Of a DNA stretch of 64,000 bases, positions 28,880-42,686 are shown piece after piece (within the stretch, counting starts at the first letter, position 1; every line of letters starts with the position of its first letter). The notes under the pieces were generated by a model that was not told the origin of the DNA, ran no database searches, and was given only the letters and a program-made list of their open reading frames with translations. This DNA is from Welwitschia mirabilis (taxonomy: Eukaryota), in contig JBOZIK010000001.1 of assembly GCA_051453625.1 (NCBI GenBank), forward strand, positions 24,924,849 to 24,988,848, given 5' to 3'. Position numbers and translations under genes: made by a program.

Positions 28880-30090
28880 CTTATCATGCTAGAATGAACT
28901 CCTGATGTGCTAGAGGCTTAGGTGTAGGTGAAGAAAATGGAGGATGGTTAAAATATACAAAGAAATGATGGTCAAGAAATATTATGATAGATCATATAGT
29001 CTCATCTCTATCTTCTCTAATTGCTTCTAGGATTTCAAATATTACACCATGCTTAATGCATAATATGTAATCATGCATATCATTCAACTACTCCTCAGTG
29101 TACTATACTCTTCTTTCAACTATGAATATCCTCTAATGTAGCTTAGTAAAGTCAATCCATAGCCTCTATAAGGTCTTTTGCTATATCTACCAGCAGAGCT
29201 TGTATTTTCTTAAAGGTAATGCCAACTGTAGGTCTTTCTGTCTCTCTTAGAAGCTGTATGCCCATGTTATGTAGGTAATAAGCTGATGTCTAAAGATGTA
29301 TAAGATGCTACTCACCCACAGGCTCAGGTATACTGAAGCATATAAAAATAGATGAGAGGAGGTATGGATATCCCAGAGTTTGAATGTGATAAGTCTCAAT
29401 CATTATTTAGAGTCTTCTTCAAATAAAAGTCAGAAGATCTATCTGCTCTCCTTGTCTGAACACTGCTAACATCTATAGATGGACTATCATTACATGACTA
29501 TCATGAAAACATGAGCTAATGTTATGAATCAATACTCTATGTGAAATCCAATAGGTAAGTAATAGATGTATAACCAAAACTCCCCTCCTATTATCAATAA
29601 CATCAATTGATATATCTAATGTTACATCATAAGCATGATGCTTCTTTATACTACTAGGTGAATGAATATGTATGCTCCTATTATCATCTAACTCAATAAC
29701 AATAGTGATGTGGCTTGGGATAATAGATACATCATGGTCATGGATCATAGCTATAATCATATTAACCAAGCAGTCATGATTATCAACTTACCACTCAATG
29801 TGCATCATGTCCTAAAATTCTCTCATCTCGAAGAAATAAAAGACTCCATGCAAATTAAAAATCCATCTAAGCTATAAATCCATTAATCTTTGATCTACCT
29901 ATGACTCAGTCCTCCTTATAAAGTCTTCAAAGTATCTCTTTACACTGATAGAAGCTGACTAAATAGACATGGATTAAGCCTAAGATGGGGGATGCATAGG
30001 CTTCACATGCTCAATCATAAGTGAAAGTAGTGGATCTGCCTTTTACTCTGATAGCTTAGCCTCTACATCCTATCTAGCTCATTACATGTG
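28880..30090 (-). pseudogene. Extra 3' (env-like) ORF of element C
   Basis: One frame reads LRWIFNLHGVFYFFEMREF*DMM...SHRVLIHNISSCFHDSHVMIVHL*MLAVFRQGEQIDLLTFI*RRL...TLGYPYLLSSIF. This resembles the REFY...IDL...YP.LLS pattern of Athila env-like / putative plant transposon proteins. The ends are approximate. Confidence 0.65.
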
Positions 30091-30604
30091 TGACCTAATC
30101 AATGAAAAATGTAAACGTAGTACATAAGATAAAGTGGAAATCATTGAAATGTGTTACATAAGAGCTCTAAACAACCCTAGAAATTGTTTTTTTTTGTTTA
30201 AAAATCATGAAAGTATGTTCTACCTCCATTAAGAAAATCAATGTCTCGTATTGTCTAATAATGTAAATAAAAAGCACAAGTCACGAGAAAAATGAAAAAG
30301 TGTAAAATAGGCAGGCCTCATAAAAGGTTAAAAATGAAAATTCTCAAATAAAAAATCTAATCTAATAGAAGCATAGAGCTCATCATGCTGATCATTTTTC
30401 TCATAAGGACTATTATGTTTTAGCTTATAGTTTTCAAGAAAATGAGTTTCAAAGATAACAATCTAATTCTACCTTGTAAAACATATAACTTTAGATATCT
30501 TGCAAAACACTCAATGAAAATTAGATCCATAAGTACCAAATAGAAGAGCACGAAAAAGTGAATGATATATGAAAAGTAAACTCTGAAAGACTAAAAAAGG
30601 AAAG

Positions 30605-30815
30605 AAAAAAGATAATAAGGAAGAGAAAAATATACCTCATTTTGATAAATTCACTCGAATCTCATAATCTGAGGCACTAAACTCATTGGTAAAAGTTTCA
30701 AGAATAAAAAAAAATAAAAAAAGATAATAAGGAAGAGAAAAACATACCACATTTTGATAAATTCATTCAAATTTCATAATCTAAGGCACTAAACTCATTG
30801 GTGAAAGTTACAAGA
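30605..30815. repeat. Tandem duplication, about 112 bp period
   Basis: AAAGATAATAAGGAAGAGAAAAA...GGCACTAAACTCATTGGT.AAAGTT.CAAGA occurs twice. Confidence 0.9.
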
Positions 30816-32028
30816 CATCAGTTGAATTAAATGTAATGATGGTATTTCAAAATCATAGATGAAAACAATGTAAGAATGAAGAAAAATGTTGGAAAAGAAG
30901 GTCAGGCCATGGTTTTATCATACTATTATTTACTTAGGTCTTCCAAATGATAGCCTTAGGAAGACTATTAGAAAAATCTTAGATGTTATCCACCTTGTCA
31001 TCTGAATGACTTGGTGGATGATGGTATTTTAAAAAGATTCAAAAAAATGAAAATGTCAGTAGAAAAAAGTTAGCTTAGATATCAATGTAAAGGTATCAGA
31101 ATTTATTAAAAAAATCCAAAATATAGAGAATTGTGAATAATTGTGATGAATAAGAATCAAGAATAGGACAAAATTTAAATAATTAAAAGATAGAGTGATG
31201 AAAATATGCTAGTTAGAATAAATCATGACAAATAATCATGAAAATATGTAGAACTCTAAAATACTCAAAGGAACATTATGAAAATCATAGAGAACATAAA
31301 CTAATCAAAATGCTAAAATAAAATTAACATTTATTGATAAAACAATATAAGTAAAAACAAAAATAACAATAAGAAAACTACTAAATGATAACATCTTAAA
31401 AATGATAATAGAAAAGCATAGAAATAACTTTGAAATAATAAATCAAACAACTAAAGAAAAATAGAATGAAAATGAACAACTAGAAAGATGAAGAAAATAG
31501 CATATCTATCTTAAATTCTAACCTAGCAAACCTTCTCAGAAGACAGCATAAAGTTATCTTTAGTAAAGATGCATGACAAAATGTACCACCTTCACAAAGT
31601 ATTGCTTAATAAGATAGTGATTATAACAATATCAAAGATTAAAGTGCTCTAAACAATAAATGATAAGATCAAAAAGTAATCAGAAATAAACTCACCTACT
31701 CACATCCTAAAATACATTTAAATTCTCAAAAGTGAAATAATCAAATGGGAATACTAAGAGTCTAGGAAATAAGAAATACCTCTAATAATACTAGGAATAG
31801 AACTGATCCCATAATCTTAAAGTTTTATTACTATCTTCTATAATGAAGGGAGTGCAACGACAATTAGATAAGTAAGGACCAACAAAGCATGATCAACTAA
31901 CCCCCTAGTAGAATTTTCATAGATACTAACTCACCAAAGATTTATTTTTAAAAAATTTACCCCAGTATGATAGGACATCATGCTGATCATGTATTTAGCA
32001 AAGATACAATAGATTATGATCATTATTC

Positions 32029-32030
<2 letters not shown>

Positions 32031-32103
<73 letters not shown>
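32031..32103. repeat. Compound (TC)n(TA)n microsatellite
   Basis: Read directly; it lies next to gap 32133-32280. Confidence 0.95.
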
Positions 32104-32105
<2 letters not shown>

Positions 32106-32369
32106 TTTTTTTTTTAAAAAATAAATCACACANNNNNNNNNNNNNNNNNNNNNNNNNNNNNNNNNNNNNNNNNNNNNNNNNNNNNNNNNNNNNNNNNNNN
32201 NNNNNNNNNNNNNNNNNNNNNNNNNNNNNNNNNNNNNNNNNNNNNNNNNNNNNNNNNNNNNNNNNNNNNNNNNNNNNNNNATAACTCAAGTTAGAGATGA
32301 TCAAGTGATATCATAAGACTAACTAAAGAAATTAGCTAAGAGAGAATTTAGACAATGATAGAAAGGAAG

Positions 32370-35300
32370 TCTTCCTCATCGAGAAAAATATTGAAAACAA
32401 GTGCTTCTATTATTTTCAAATTTTTATGAAAAGGCTTTTTGTATATTTTCAACATTTATTCACTAACTTTCTGAGTCTCCTTAGCGTCTAATTTAGAAAA
32501 CTCAATAGAGCCATTAGAATATTTATAAGATAAGGACCTAATCATTTAGAGGTCAACTTATTATGTAAAATATGTATTCTATTTATATAAAGAACAAGTC
32601 AATCAGGTTCAAGCTTTTTATGAAGTAAATTATTATCATGTTTGAACTTAGCTTAAACTCTATGAATGAGTTGATAATATATGGCAAGAGTATGTTTTTT
32701 ATTTAAATAACTAATTTGAGCTAATTTATTTTATAATTTTCATATAAGTCCATAATATTAAGTTGATAGGAAGAATGATAAGAGTTATAATAGACATCAA
32801 CTGGTAAAATACCAACTTTTTTGTATATAAGGTAAAATACCAAGAAACTTATGCCAAGTAGCATGATAAGCCCAAAGAACATCGTTAAGCTTAGAAGCCC
32901 AAGATTTCTTATTAATGGAGATAAATTTTTAGAGCATTTTATTTATTTCTCTATTTGCATTTTTAGCCTAACCATTGATTTGTGGATGATAAGAACAAGA
33001 TACTTTATGTTCAATTCCAATGGATACAAGAAGTTTTCTAAAATGATGATTGATAAAATGAGTTTCTTAATTAATAATGATAATTATAGGAAAGCCAAAA
33101 CATTGAAAAATATGAGTTCTAATAAAATTGCAAATAGTTTAGGCATCATTTGTAAAAGTAAAATAGCTTCAACCTATTTAGTGAAATAATCAACAATCAC
33201 TAAAATGTAATTCCTATTATTATAAGGTGGTTTAATATGGCCTATAAAATTAATTTTCTAATAATTAAAAAGTTTACATTCTAAAATAGGTTTAAGAGGC
33301 ATATCTTGAAAATGAATAAGGATACCATAACATTGACAAAAATCACACCTTCTAGTAAAATTTAAAGAGTCCTAAGAAAGATTAGGCCAATTAAAACTAG
33401 AGTGAAGTATTTTCATTGTTCTTTTCTATCCACTAAAATGACCTTTACAAACATCACCCTGGCAAAGATGAAAGATGTCTAATTTTTCCAATGTAAGCAC
33501 ACATTTTCTTATAATTTGATCTTTACAAAGATGTGGCTCTATTTATTTATACTTACCTATTCTATAGAGAAAATGTTTTCCTTGATTGTGAGATGCTGTG
33601 ATGTTTCTATGGAAACAAGATAATTAACTATGTTAGCATATTAAGGAGGAGTATGAAGATAAGATATGACAAAAATTTATTCATCTAAAAAATGATCATT
33701 AATTATAAGACCATCAAGAGGAGAAGAAAGACATGATAAATGATTTACTACATTATTATATTTCTTATTTTATCAATGATCATAAGATTAAATTATTTCA
33801 TGAGGGGGATCATATAACAATTATAGCACTAGAATATTTCTTAATCATGAGGTATCTAATGGCTGCATGATTAGTATAAACATTTATCTAAAAGGCTAAA
33901 AAATAGTATCTAAGAGTATCAAGGTAAAAGATTATGGCTAACATTTCTTTCTTGGTAGCAGTATAATCTAATTAGGCTTTAGAAAAAATTTTGCTATGAT
34001 AACATATAAATTTAAAATTATTTTCAAAATTTTATCTAAGAAACCCATCTATGGCAATATTACTAGCATCAAATATTAATTCAAAGTCTTTATTTAAATC
34101 AGATCCTATTACTATAGATACAGAAGAGATTTTATTTTTAAAGCAAGCTAACAAGATTTATTCCATTAAAATTTAGCTTCTTTTTCAAGTTATTAGAGAA
34201 AGGGTTTGTAAATTTTAACATAATCCTAACTAAAATAATGGTAAAAATCATAATAACCAAGAAAAGATTGAACTTATTTTACATTTGTTAAAGAAGTTAG
34301 GTTTTTAATGATACTTACTTTTTCAAGGTCCATTCTAATTTTCTTACTATAAATATAATGACCTAAGCCAATTCCATTATCAAATAGAAAGAAATGTTTC
34401 TCCCAATACAAATGTAGTCCACTCCAATACATCTATCAAGGACTTTTTCTAATCTTTCTAAGATTTATTCAAAGTTTTCAACAAAGATTGAGAAGTCATC
34501 CATAAAAGTTTTAATTGAATTCTCTAATATATTAAAAAATATATCCATCATTCCATGTTAAAAAGTTTCAAGGGCATTACAAAGTCCAAAAGGCATACAT
34601 CTAAATGCAAAAGTTCCAAAAGATGAAGTAAAAGTTATTTTTGCTTGATCCTCACTAGCTATACAAACCTGATTACAACTACTATACCCATAAAAAAAAG
34701 GAATAAAATATATGTCCTTGATTATATCAAGTATTTTGTCTAGAAAAGATAAAGGGCAATGGTTTTTCTTTGTTACTTCATTAAGCTTTCTAAAATCAGT
34801 ACACATTATCCACTTCCCGCCTTTCTTAGGCACTACCGTCAAAGGGCTAATCCACTCACTATCAAATATGGCATGAACAATTTTAGAATCTATTAATTTA
34901 ATGATTTCATCTTTTAATACTTATTTAATGGTTAGATTTAGTCTTTTTTAGGGTTACATAATTAGTTTTACATTATTTTCAAGGTAGATTTTATGTTGAA
35001 TAATGGAAGTATTAATGGCTATTAAATCTTTATGAGTCTAAGCAAATGCATTAACAATAAAAAATTCAAAAGTGAGATTAAATTTGATTCTTATTAAGGG
35101 GAAATATTTTCATTTGTTATTAAAAGTTTATTATGATCATTACAAAAAAAAAAGGTATATTTCAAACAACTGGGTAGAGGGTTTATATATAAATTAAACT
35201 TTTTAGTATTTGTGATTTTTTAATTAAAGTTAACTATCATATCTGACTATTGTCTAGATGACAGGGGTGGATGACCTCCCTTAAAATATAAAACCTTAGA

Positions 35301-37800
35301 CGTTTTTAGATGTTGGACTTCTTCATAAATTATAGTTTCAATTTCTACATTCTCTTGATCAAAACAGTTTATTCCTACATGCTCATAGTTGAGTTTATTA
35401 TGACTGAAAGCTTTTAAATTTTTTACTTTAAGTGGATCATCATACAAGGTAGGCTCATGAAGAATTAGCCATGTTTCTTTAAGTGAATGATGATGTAAAA
35501 ATAAGGTTGGATTAATTTATTCTTCTACATTTCAATCATTACCTATATCCTTTTTAGTGGCATTAAAAACTCTAATGGTAAACTTCTTATTTTTTGAGTG
35601 GCACTCTATCATTCTAGTTCTTGTATTGATAATACAATGGACTATTATACAAAATTCTCTACCTAGACATAGTGGATAACCTCCATTATACTCAACTTCA
35701 ATCACAACTATATCTATTGGATAGAATGCTTTCTTAGTTTAAATCAGCAAATCTTTTATTAGTCCAAAAGATTTCTTCATTGATATATCTGCCAATTCTA
35801 AGATAATACATTAGGATTAATTCTACTTTTCAAATCAATTTTTTGACAAACGTGTAAAGGCATAATGTTAACACTCACTTCTATATCAATTAAGGATTTC
35901 TTGATTCTTTTATTTTCCTTTAAAGTAACACTAACTATTATTGATCTAGGATTCTTAAGTTTTGGATATTTTTGCAAAACTAAGTTGGTTATAGATTGGG
36001 ATAGGAAGACTTTACTAGGTATTTCTCATTTTTATTTCCTCCTAATTAGGTCTTTCCACAAATTAGAATATTTAGCATTTTTTACAAGAGTTTTCAAAAG
36101 GGTAAATTTATGCTCACATTGTGATTTTAGATAATCATCAAGGGTAGAATTGGTATTTAATGTATGAAGCAAAAGTGTAGCAAGTTTCTTTCCTTTATCT
36201 TAAGAAGAATTTTTCTTATTAAGCTTATCACTTAAAGGAGAAGGGAGGTTATAATTTTCTAAGATTTCAATATCCTCTTCTCCTTCTTCATCATCATCTT
36301 TTTTATTATATCTGAAAGTTGAAACCTCATGGCTAGGAGGTGCTATATCATTTCCACTTCTTATTCTAACCTTGCAATCTTTTTTAACTTCATGAGGGTT
36401 AGGTAAAGGTTGTGTTGCAAGTAATTCTTATGGTATTTGATTTGCAAGCATATTTCATTAACGAACATTCACTAGATTTTTGATGTTTAATTTTGTCTTC
36501 TCTTGTGATTTTCTTAGCTCATCAACTAAATTTCTAAGTGAATCATTTTGATTTTGAGAATTTAATATACTTGCTTGAAAATTTGAGGTACTTGGTTCAA
36601 ACTGAGAGTTATTTTATTGAAAATTTGTATTCACAAATCTATTGTTAAATTATTGGAAATTTGGATGATTTGTTTAAAAGTTCTTGAATTTGTTCTCAAA
36701 AGATTAAAAGTTAGGTTAGTCATTTATTATATGTTGAAATTGGTTTTGATTTCTAAAGTTTGAAGAATTTTAATTGAAAGCACACACTTCTTCATAGATT
36801 TTCTCTTTGTAAGTTGATAATAAAGAATACTCTTTAGTTATATGATAGTTTTCTTTACACAAATTACAAGTTGGAACCACATTCTTTCAGTTATCACTTT
36901 TGCGTCTAAAATAATTTGAGTGTATTTTTTTAATGTTGTTGTAAAATCCTTAATTACATTAGTTGGTTCTTTTTCTATTTTCACATCCTCCTTTTCTTGT
37001 TTAACTTCTTTAAGATCTTTTACAATTTGGTCTCTAGTATGATTTTATTTAGATGTTGGTTTAGGCCATGTTTGACTTACTTCTATTAACTCTTCCAATA
37101 ACTTCTATGCCTTTTCTAATGTGAGATTCATTAAATTACCACCACATGAAAAGTCTTCAAGTTATTTATTTTGGTTATTTAGTCCACTATAGAAATAGTC
37201 TACTAATTCTTCTTGAGTAAAAGAATTAATAAGATTAGAATGAATTACAATGAAAAATCATTTATAACTAGTGGCATAATATTCATTAGGTTATTGTTGG
37301 AAATTTTTTACCTTTTTCTTTCTTTATTTAATGTATTTCACTTGTAAATATTTTTATAAAGGCTTCTTGAACTTGGTTCCATGATTTTAAGCTTTTATAA
37401 GAAATAATTCTTGTCCATAATTTCACTTTTTCTTTTAGTGTGATAGGAAAGATAGTTATGTAAGTATGATCAGTAATTTATTTTTTACTGTTTCTTGAAG
37501 TAAGTACTAATTATTTGACATTGGCTATATGTTGAAGGGGATTTTCATCAATTTCTTCATTAAAAATAAGATATTCATTTAAATTTCTTAAACTCAACAC
37601 ATTAAAAATAGGATATGCATTTAAATGTTTTAACTCAACATCATCACTAGGAGCTAATCAAAAGGATTTTAAATTTTATGCTTTCTATTTGTAATTAGTT
37701 CTTTAAGAGTGACATTGGCATTTGGATTTATGAGGGTAGTAGAGATTCCTAGAATAATAGGAGTATTTGTAGAAGACACTTATTTTTGTTTTCGCATAAA
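32370..37800 (-). pseudogene. gag-pol pseudogene of element C
   Basis: RT ORF 34558-34842 reads VVPKKGGKWIMCTDFRKLNEVTKKNHCPL...GTFAFRCMPFGLCNA. The rest is colinear with element A (protease about 35.6-36.1 kb, RNase H about 33.8-34.3 kb, integrase about 32.4-33.7 kb). Confidence 0.92.
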
Positions 37801-38446
37801 ATTTAACACTGTAATAAAACTATTTGCTTCTAAACTTTCTCTTGAAAAATTAGATTCTAAAATAATAAATGCACAAAATCTTCTTGCTCAATTCTTGAAA
37901 TTCTTTACATACCTAGGGTGTGCGTACCTAGGTTTAGCTTGTAGTTGATTAAACCTTCTTTGATAGTTTCTTTAATTAGTGATTGCTCTCTCTGATATTT
38001 TGTCTTCTTACCCAAGTTTTTCATGTCCCTGCATGTTCAATTTTGTTTTTGTAAGCATTGTTTCTATTGTTATTTAGACAATGTATTCGGGACAACAAAA
38101 GACATGAAAAAACTCAAAAATAAAAAACACAAAAAAATTGAGTTGCAAAATAACATAGAATAAAAGTTTGTAGTTGTCCTCTAAGTTGTCTGGATAACAG
38201 AGGAGACAATGAAAAAAATCCTAGCTCTTATAAAAATGAAAAACCCTCATTTCATAGGCCATCATCACTGCACATTGTCTAAACCATAAGGGAAATGACA
38301 AAGCATTATTTTTAGAATTTAAATCAAAAAATGTAAAAAGAAAAACCTATAGTTCTACTATAAATATATAACACTACTATAAACACCTAAGCCAAAATCC
38401 AAATGACTTATCTGAGAACGACAATCCTCAAACTCTAAGCACTCTT

Positions 38447-38463
38447 TCTTGGCAATGACACAA
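38447..38463 (-). promoter_or_regulatory. Degenerate Athila-type PBS of element C
   Basis: The minus strand reads TTGTGTCATTGCCAAGA adjacent to the LTR end at 38467. Confidence 0.65.
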
Positions 38464-38466
38464 AGA

Positions 38467-39728
38467 TGTTGCGATGTTATTTATGAAATCATTCATATTC
38501 TTATTAAATCCTGCTAATGACAAATATATATTGTAAAATACAATACAATAATATTAATGAGAGTAACCCAAGTATCATAATCCATTGAAGGCATAAGTAA
38601 GAAGAAAGAGAATTGATTTCAAATGAAATATTTTTGTATTGTCTTTTAAGTAGAATAAAATAATAATAAAAAGTAAATAAAAATGCAAATAAATACACTA
38701 TGCAAATGAGATGAAAGAATAATTTAAATGCAATATCTATTCGATTACCAAATCAATCTATTATAGAGACTAACCCTATATAACCTAGATTAATCAAGGA
38801 AATTCATCACTAAACCAAAACCAAATTAAGCTATCCAGTGTATCAAATAAAATATGAAAATAATGTAAGTTAATATATAAAATAAAATGTAATGCACCTA
38901 AACTATCAGTGTCAACTTTAATGAAAGTTTCCCTCATGATCTATATCATAGATGAAACTCTTATAGAATTATAAGGAACATAAACCATAAGGAGATGCAC
39001 ATACTAAAAGATATGAAAAGATAACTAGCGTTTTGATTATATTTGAATCAACATCTATGTTACAAATAAACAACACATCAATAAAGGATACAAAACCCAA
39101 CTTTAAGGAAAAAATCTCTTTGCAACAATAAGGGATGGATCCCTTACCCTTTAATCTCTTGTCATGAGAATTTCTAGTGCCAAAGAAGATGAAATTGGAG
39201 TCAAGGATAAAGGAGACATTTATTACAAATAAAACTCTAAAAACAGCAAATACTAAAAAAACATGGTAAAATCCTAATGGTCATATAAAAAGGCACATGA
39301 TACATGGAAAAAGTTTAATGAAGTTTGGTAAATAGTTATTCTTATGTTGTCTTACTAGTTATCCAAACATCACAGGAGATGATATCATGTTATACAGGAT
39401 CCACATAATCTACCAATTTGATCCAATAAGTATCCTATTTAGCATAACTTATTCTATCATCCGTATTATCATTCAGACGATAAGGTAGATGATGGAATTT
39501 ATAAAGTTATTTTTTATGTTAGATTAGCCCCTTTGATTACAATATTTTTGCTTTCATTAGGAAGTATTGTAATTTGCTTGAAATGCTATCAAATGTAATG
39601 AAGATTGCATTTTTTGTAATATTTTCCTTAGCTCTTTATTATTATTGATACTTAGCATAAACTTATCTAATGTCCTACAAAACTAATCAAAATATCCTAT
39701 CAAATACATACAATTTAGCAGCATAATA
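38467..39728 (-). repeat. 5' LTR of element C
   Basis: Colinear with 27109-28366 and 7389-8636. Confidence 0.9.
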
Positions 39729-41341
39729 AGACAACAAAAAGAAGGTCCAGAACTTTGTTCAGAAACTCGATTATTGTAAAGATAAAACTTGGATTTCAAA
39801 AGAAGCATAGAGATCAGCTCATGAGTTATTTTATTCAGATTAGTTGTGAAATGTTAGTATAGCTCATCCATCCTATTTCTAATCTAGTGGTAAGAGAATT
39901 TTATACAAATATTCATGAAACTAATGATAGTACTAGTTTATTTCAAACTTATCTTAGAGGAAAAAAATTGCATATAGTTTTGAGTTTCATTAATTCATTG
40001 GTTAGCATAAATGATACAAATGTTTTGTAGTTTTATAGCCATTATTTTAAAGAAATATTTAATTATAGAGTTGTCAATATGTCTCAGAATCAAATGAGCA
40101 ATGTCTCCCTTGAACATAGTAGAATGAACTTTCTTAAAGATATTAAAAGAAAATACATGATACTTGATGCCCCAATTCGCAATTTAGTAACATTTTACAA
40201 CATTTTATTTAGAGGAGGCAACCATAGTTATTGAAAACCCATGTAAACTTTCATTATTTACTATTCACTCACTAGTTTTTAGATTGATTTGGATTTTGTT
40301 TTATGTATTAATATCATCTCACTATTTCATAAGGGATAGACTTTAAGAAATACATATCTTATTAGCCTAATCCTTAGTAGTATAGATATTTTAATGACAT
40401 AGGTTTACCTCAAATCATTAGAAGAAATCATTAGCAGAATTTAGTGAAAAAAAAAGAGCACTAGAGACATTAGATAAAGGCACAAGCAAGAGGATTCCAC
40501 AATTTTAGTGATCATAATCTACAACTACTCATATCTCCTCATCCATGAAAAAGGGATTAAAGGTTATTGTAAAAATGTTTGGCAAAATTAAAAGAAACAT
40601 TTTAAGGATAAAGAAACATAGATCCATCACAAGTGAAGGTGACATACTAATGGAGAGTTAGGAATCCATGAGGACTTTCACATGGATAGAATCAGAGGAG
40701 GATTTAAATGTAGAGGAAGAAGCAGAATTGTTGCTCCTTTTAGAATAGGTTATAATTTAGGTAGAGTAGTAGACATCAAACCTTCAGAAGAGTCTTCTAG
40801 AGATAAGGCATAGACATAAAGAAAGTACCAGTCTCTCATAAAGGTACATGTGCAAGGGAAGCCACAAGTTCCTGATACTTCACATTAGAGGCTAGCATTG
40901 TAGAAGATAGAGTCTAAGAGCTTAGATGCTTTACCTTTTATCTTTCATTATCCTCATCATAAGATTCCATTCTACCATCCTACATAGCTGCCATTATCAC
41001 CTAGATACTCTTCACCACCACGTGTACCTTTGCCAGCTTTAGTTCATCCATCATCATCATCATCTTCTCACATAGAACCTATTTAGGTATAACCACTCTC
41101 ATCCATTCAACTCCCATCATCATTTATAGAAATTTCCATTTCCAATTTATTTAGAACTTTTATTACTCTTAAAATGTATTAACATATGAGAAGACATGAC
41201 TTTAAGGGCCATAGTAAGACATCCTAGCACCCTTCTAGGAAGAGGCATACTTTACCACATACTTCCTCAAAATCATATACCCAACGAACCTTCACCACTT
41301 ATGATAGCAACACTAGTGATGATGAAGGTCAAGGTGAGTAA
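39729..41341 (+). pseudogene. Sirevirus env-like ORF, main part
   Basis: LVVREFYTNIHE at 39884-39919, then QTYLRGKK, IDLDFVL, a Pro/Ser-rich tail (PRYSSPPRVPLPALVHPSSSSSS) and an end at DDEGQGE*. It lies just upstream of the PPT and 3' LTR, where Sirevirus env-like ORFs sit. Confidence 0.7.
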
Positions 41342-41612
41342 TAGATAAGTGATTTAGATCTTAATGATTAAAGCCTTTATCTGATATTCAAAATTGTGGA
41401 GAAGTATATGGTAAATTATTTATAGGTTAGTTAGATACTATAGCTTTCAAGTTGAGGACAATCTATTGGGACTGGAATTCCTGATTTTGAGATTTTGGAT
41501 TGGACCCATAAGTGTTGTCATTTCTATTAATGATATCTCCTTATTATTTTGGCATCCATGTGTGTTATTAACATTTTCCATCATTCCAACTTATTATTAC
41601 ATGTCTTATGTT

Positions 41613-41828
41613 TGACACATTTCTCGTTCTTAATATTATGCTTTCACGACACATGTTTGAATATGAAATACTCTAATTATTTAGTAATTAATATGCTTTC
41701 AAATGATGATAACACATTTCTCGTTCTTAATATTATGCTTTCACATGCTTTCATTGACACATGTTTCAATATGAAATACTCTAATTATTTAGTAATTAAT
41801 ATGCTTTCAAATGATGATAACACATGTT
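41613..41828. repeat. Near-perfect tandem duplication of about 100 bp
   Basis: ACACATTTCTCGTTCTTAATATTATGCTTTCAC...AATATGAAATACTCTAATTATTTAGTAATTAATATGCTTTCAAATGATGATAACACAT occurs twice. It is visible in ORF 41549-41869 as a repeated peptide. Confidence 0.92.
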
Positions 41829-42665
41829 TATTGAGTACAATTTTTATGAGCACATCTTTTATGATATAGTGTTAACACATAATTAAATTTCATGTTCAAA
41901 AACTGGCAGATTTCCATTAGTATATTGCAATTGAGAGATTATCAAATGATTATGTACTTTGCTTTTTGCATACATATGTGAATGAAGAATACAATAATTT
42001 ATCATTTATTTTATGTATTTTTCAAAGTTGATTAAGTGATTCTTAATGTGTTTTATTCTGGTTCTTCAAGTGACACATATATCTTTGTGATTTTTCTAAT
42101 TTAAGATGGCACATATCATGATTATTACAACTAGTAATTACATGCATATCTTTAGAATAAAATGTCTAGTTTTAATTGATTAGTTGAGATTGCACTAATG
42201 AGATTTATCAAGTGTCAGATATCATCAAAAAGGGAAAAATTATTGAAAAATCTAGTTTTGATGATTCCACTTGTTAAACATTTTGTGTNNNNNNNNNNNN
42301 NNNNNNNNNNNNNNNNNNNNNNNNNNNNNNNNNNNNNNNNNNNNNNNNNNNNNNNNNNNNNNNNNNNNNNNNNNNNNNNNNNNNNNNNNNNNNNNNNNNN
42401 NNNNNNNNNNNNNNNNNNNNNNNNNNNNNNNNNNNNNNNNNNNNNNNNNNNNNNNNNNNNNNNNNNNNNNNNNNNNNNNNNNNNNNNNNNNNNNNNNNNN
42501 NNNNNNNNNNNNNNNNNNNNNNNNNNNNNNNNNNNNNNNNNNNNNNNNNNNNNNNNNNNNNNNNNNNNNNNNNNNNNNNNNNATGTGCATTTATTTAGAA
42601 TAAAAATGTCTAATTTCAACTAATTAAGTTGAGACTATACTAAATGAAATTCACCAAGTATTAGA

Positions 42666-42686
42666 CATCATCAAAAAGGGCGATAT
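42666..42686 (+). promoter_or_regulatory. Sirevirus-type PPT junction
   Basis: CATCATCAAAAAGGGCGATAT precedes TG at 42687. A second version lies at about 42220-42240. Confidence 0.75.

Larger units (their letters stand above)
27109..39728 (-). mobile_element. Full-length, degenerate Athila-like Ty3/gypsy element C nested in the Sirevirus env-like ORF
   Basis: Two LTRs of about 1.26 kb, TSD AGACG (27104-27108) / AGACA (39729-39733), a PBS, a PPT remnant at about 28367-28380, gag-PR-RT-RH-INT and an extra 3' ORF. Confidence 0.92.

Noticed and set aside
32851..33189. Plus-strand ORFs (also 1813-2070, 4816-5094, 35865-36134)
   Set aside because: They are antisense shadows of pol.
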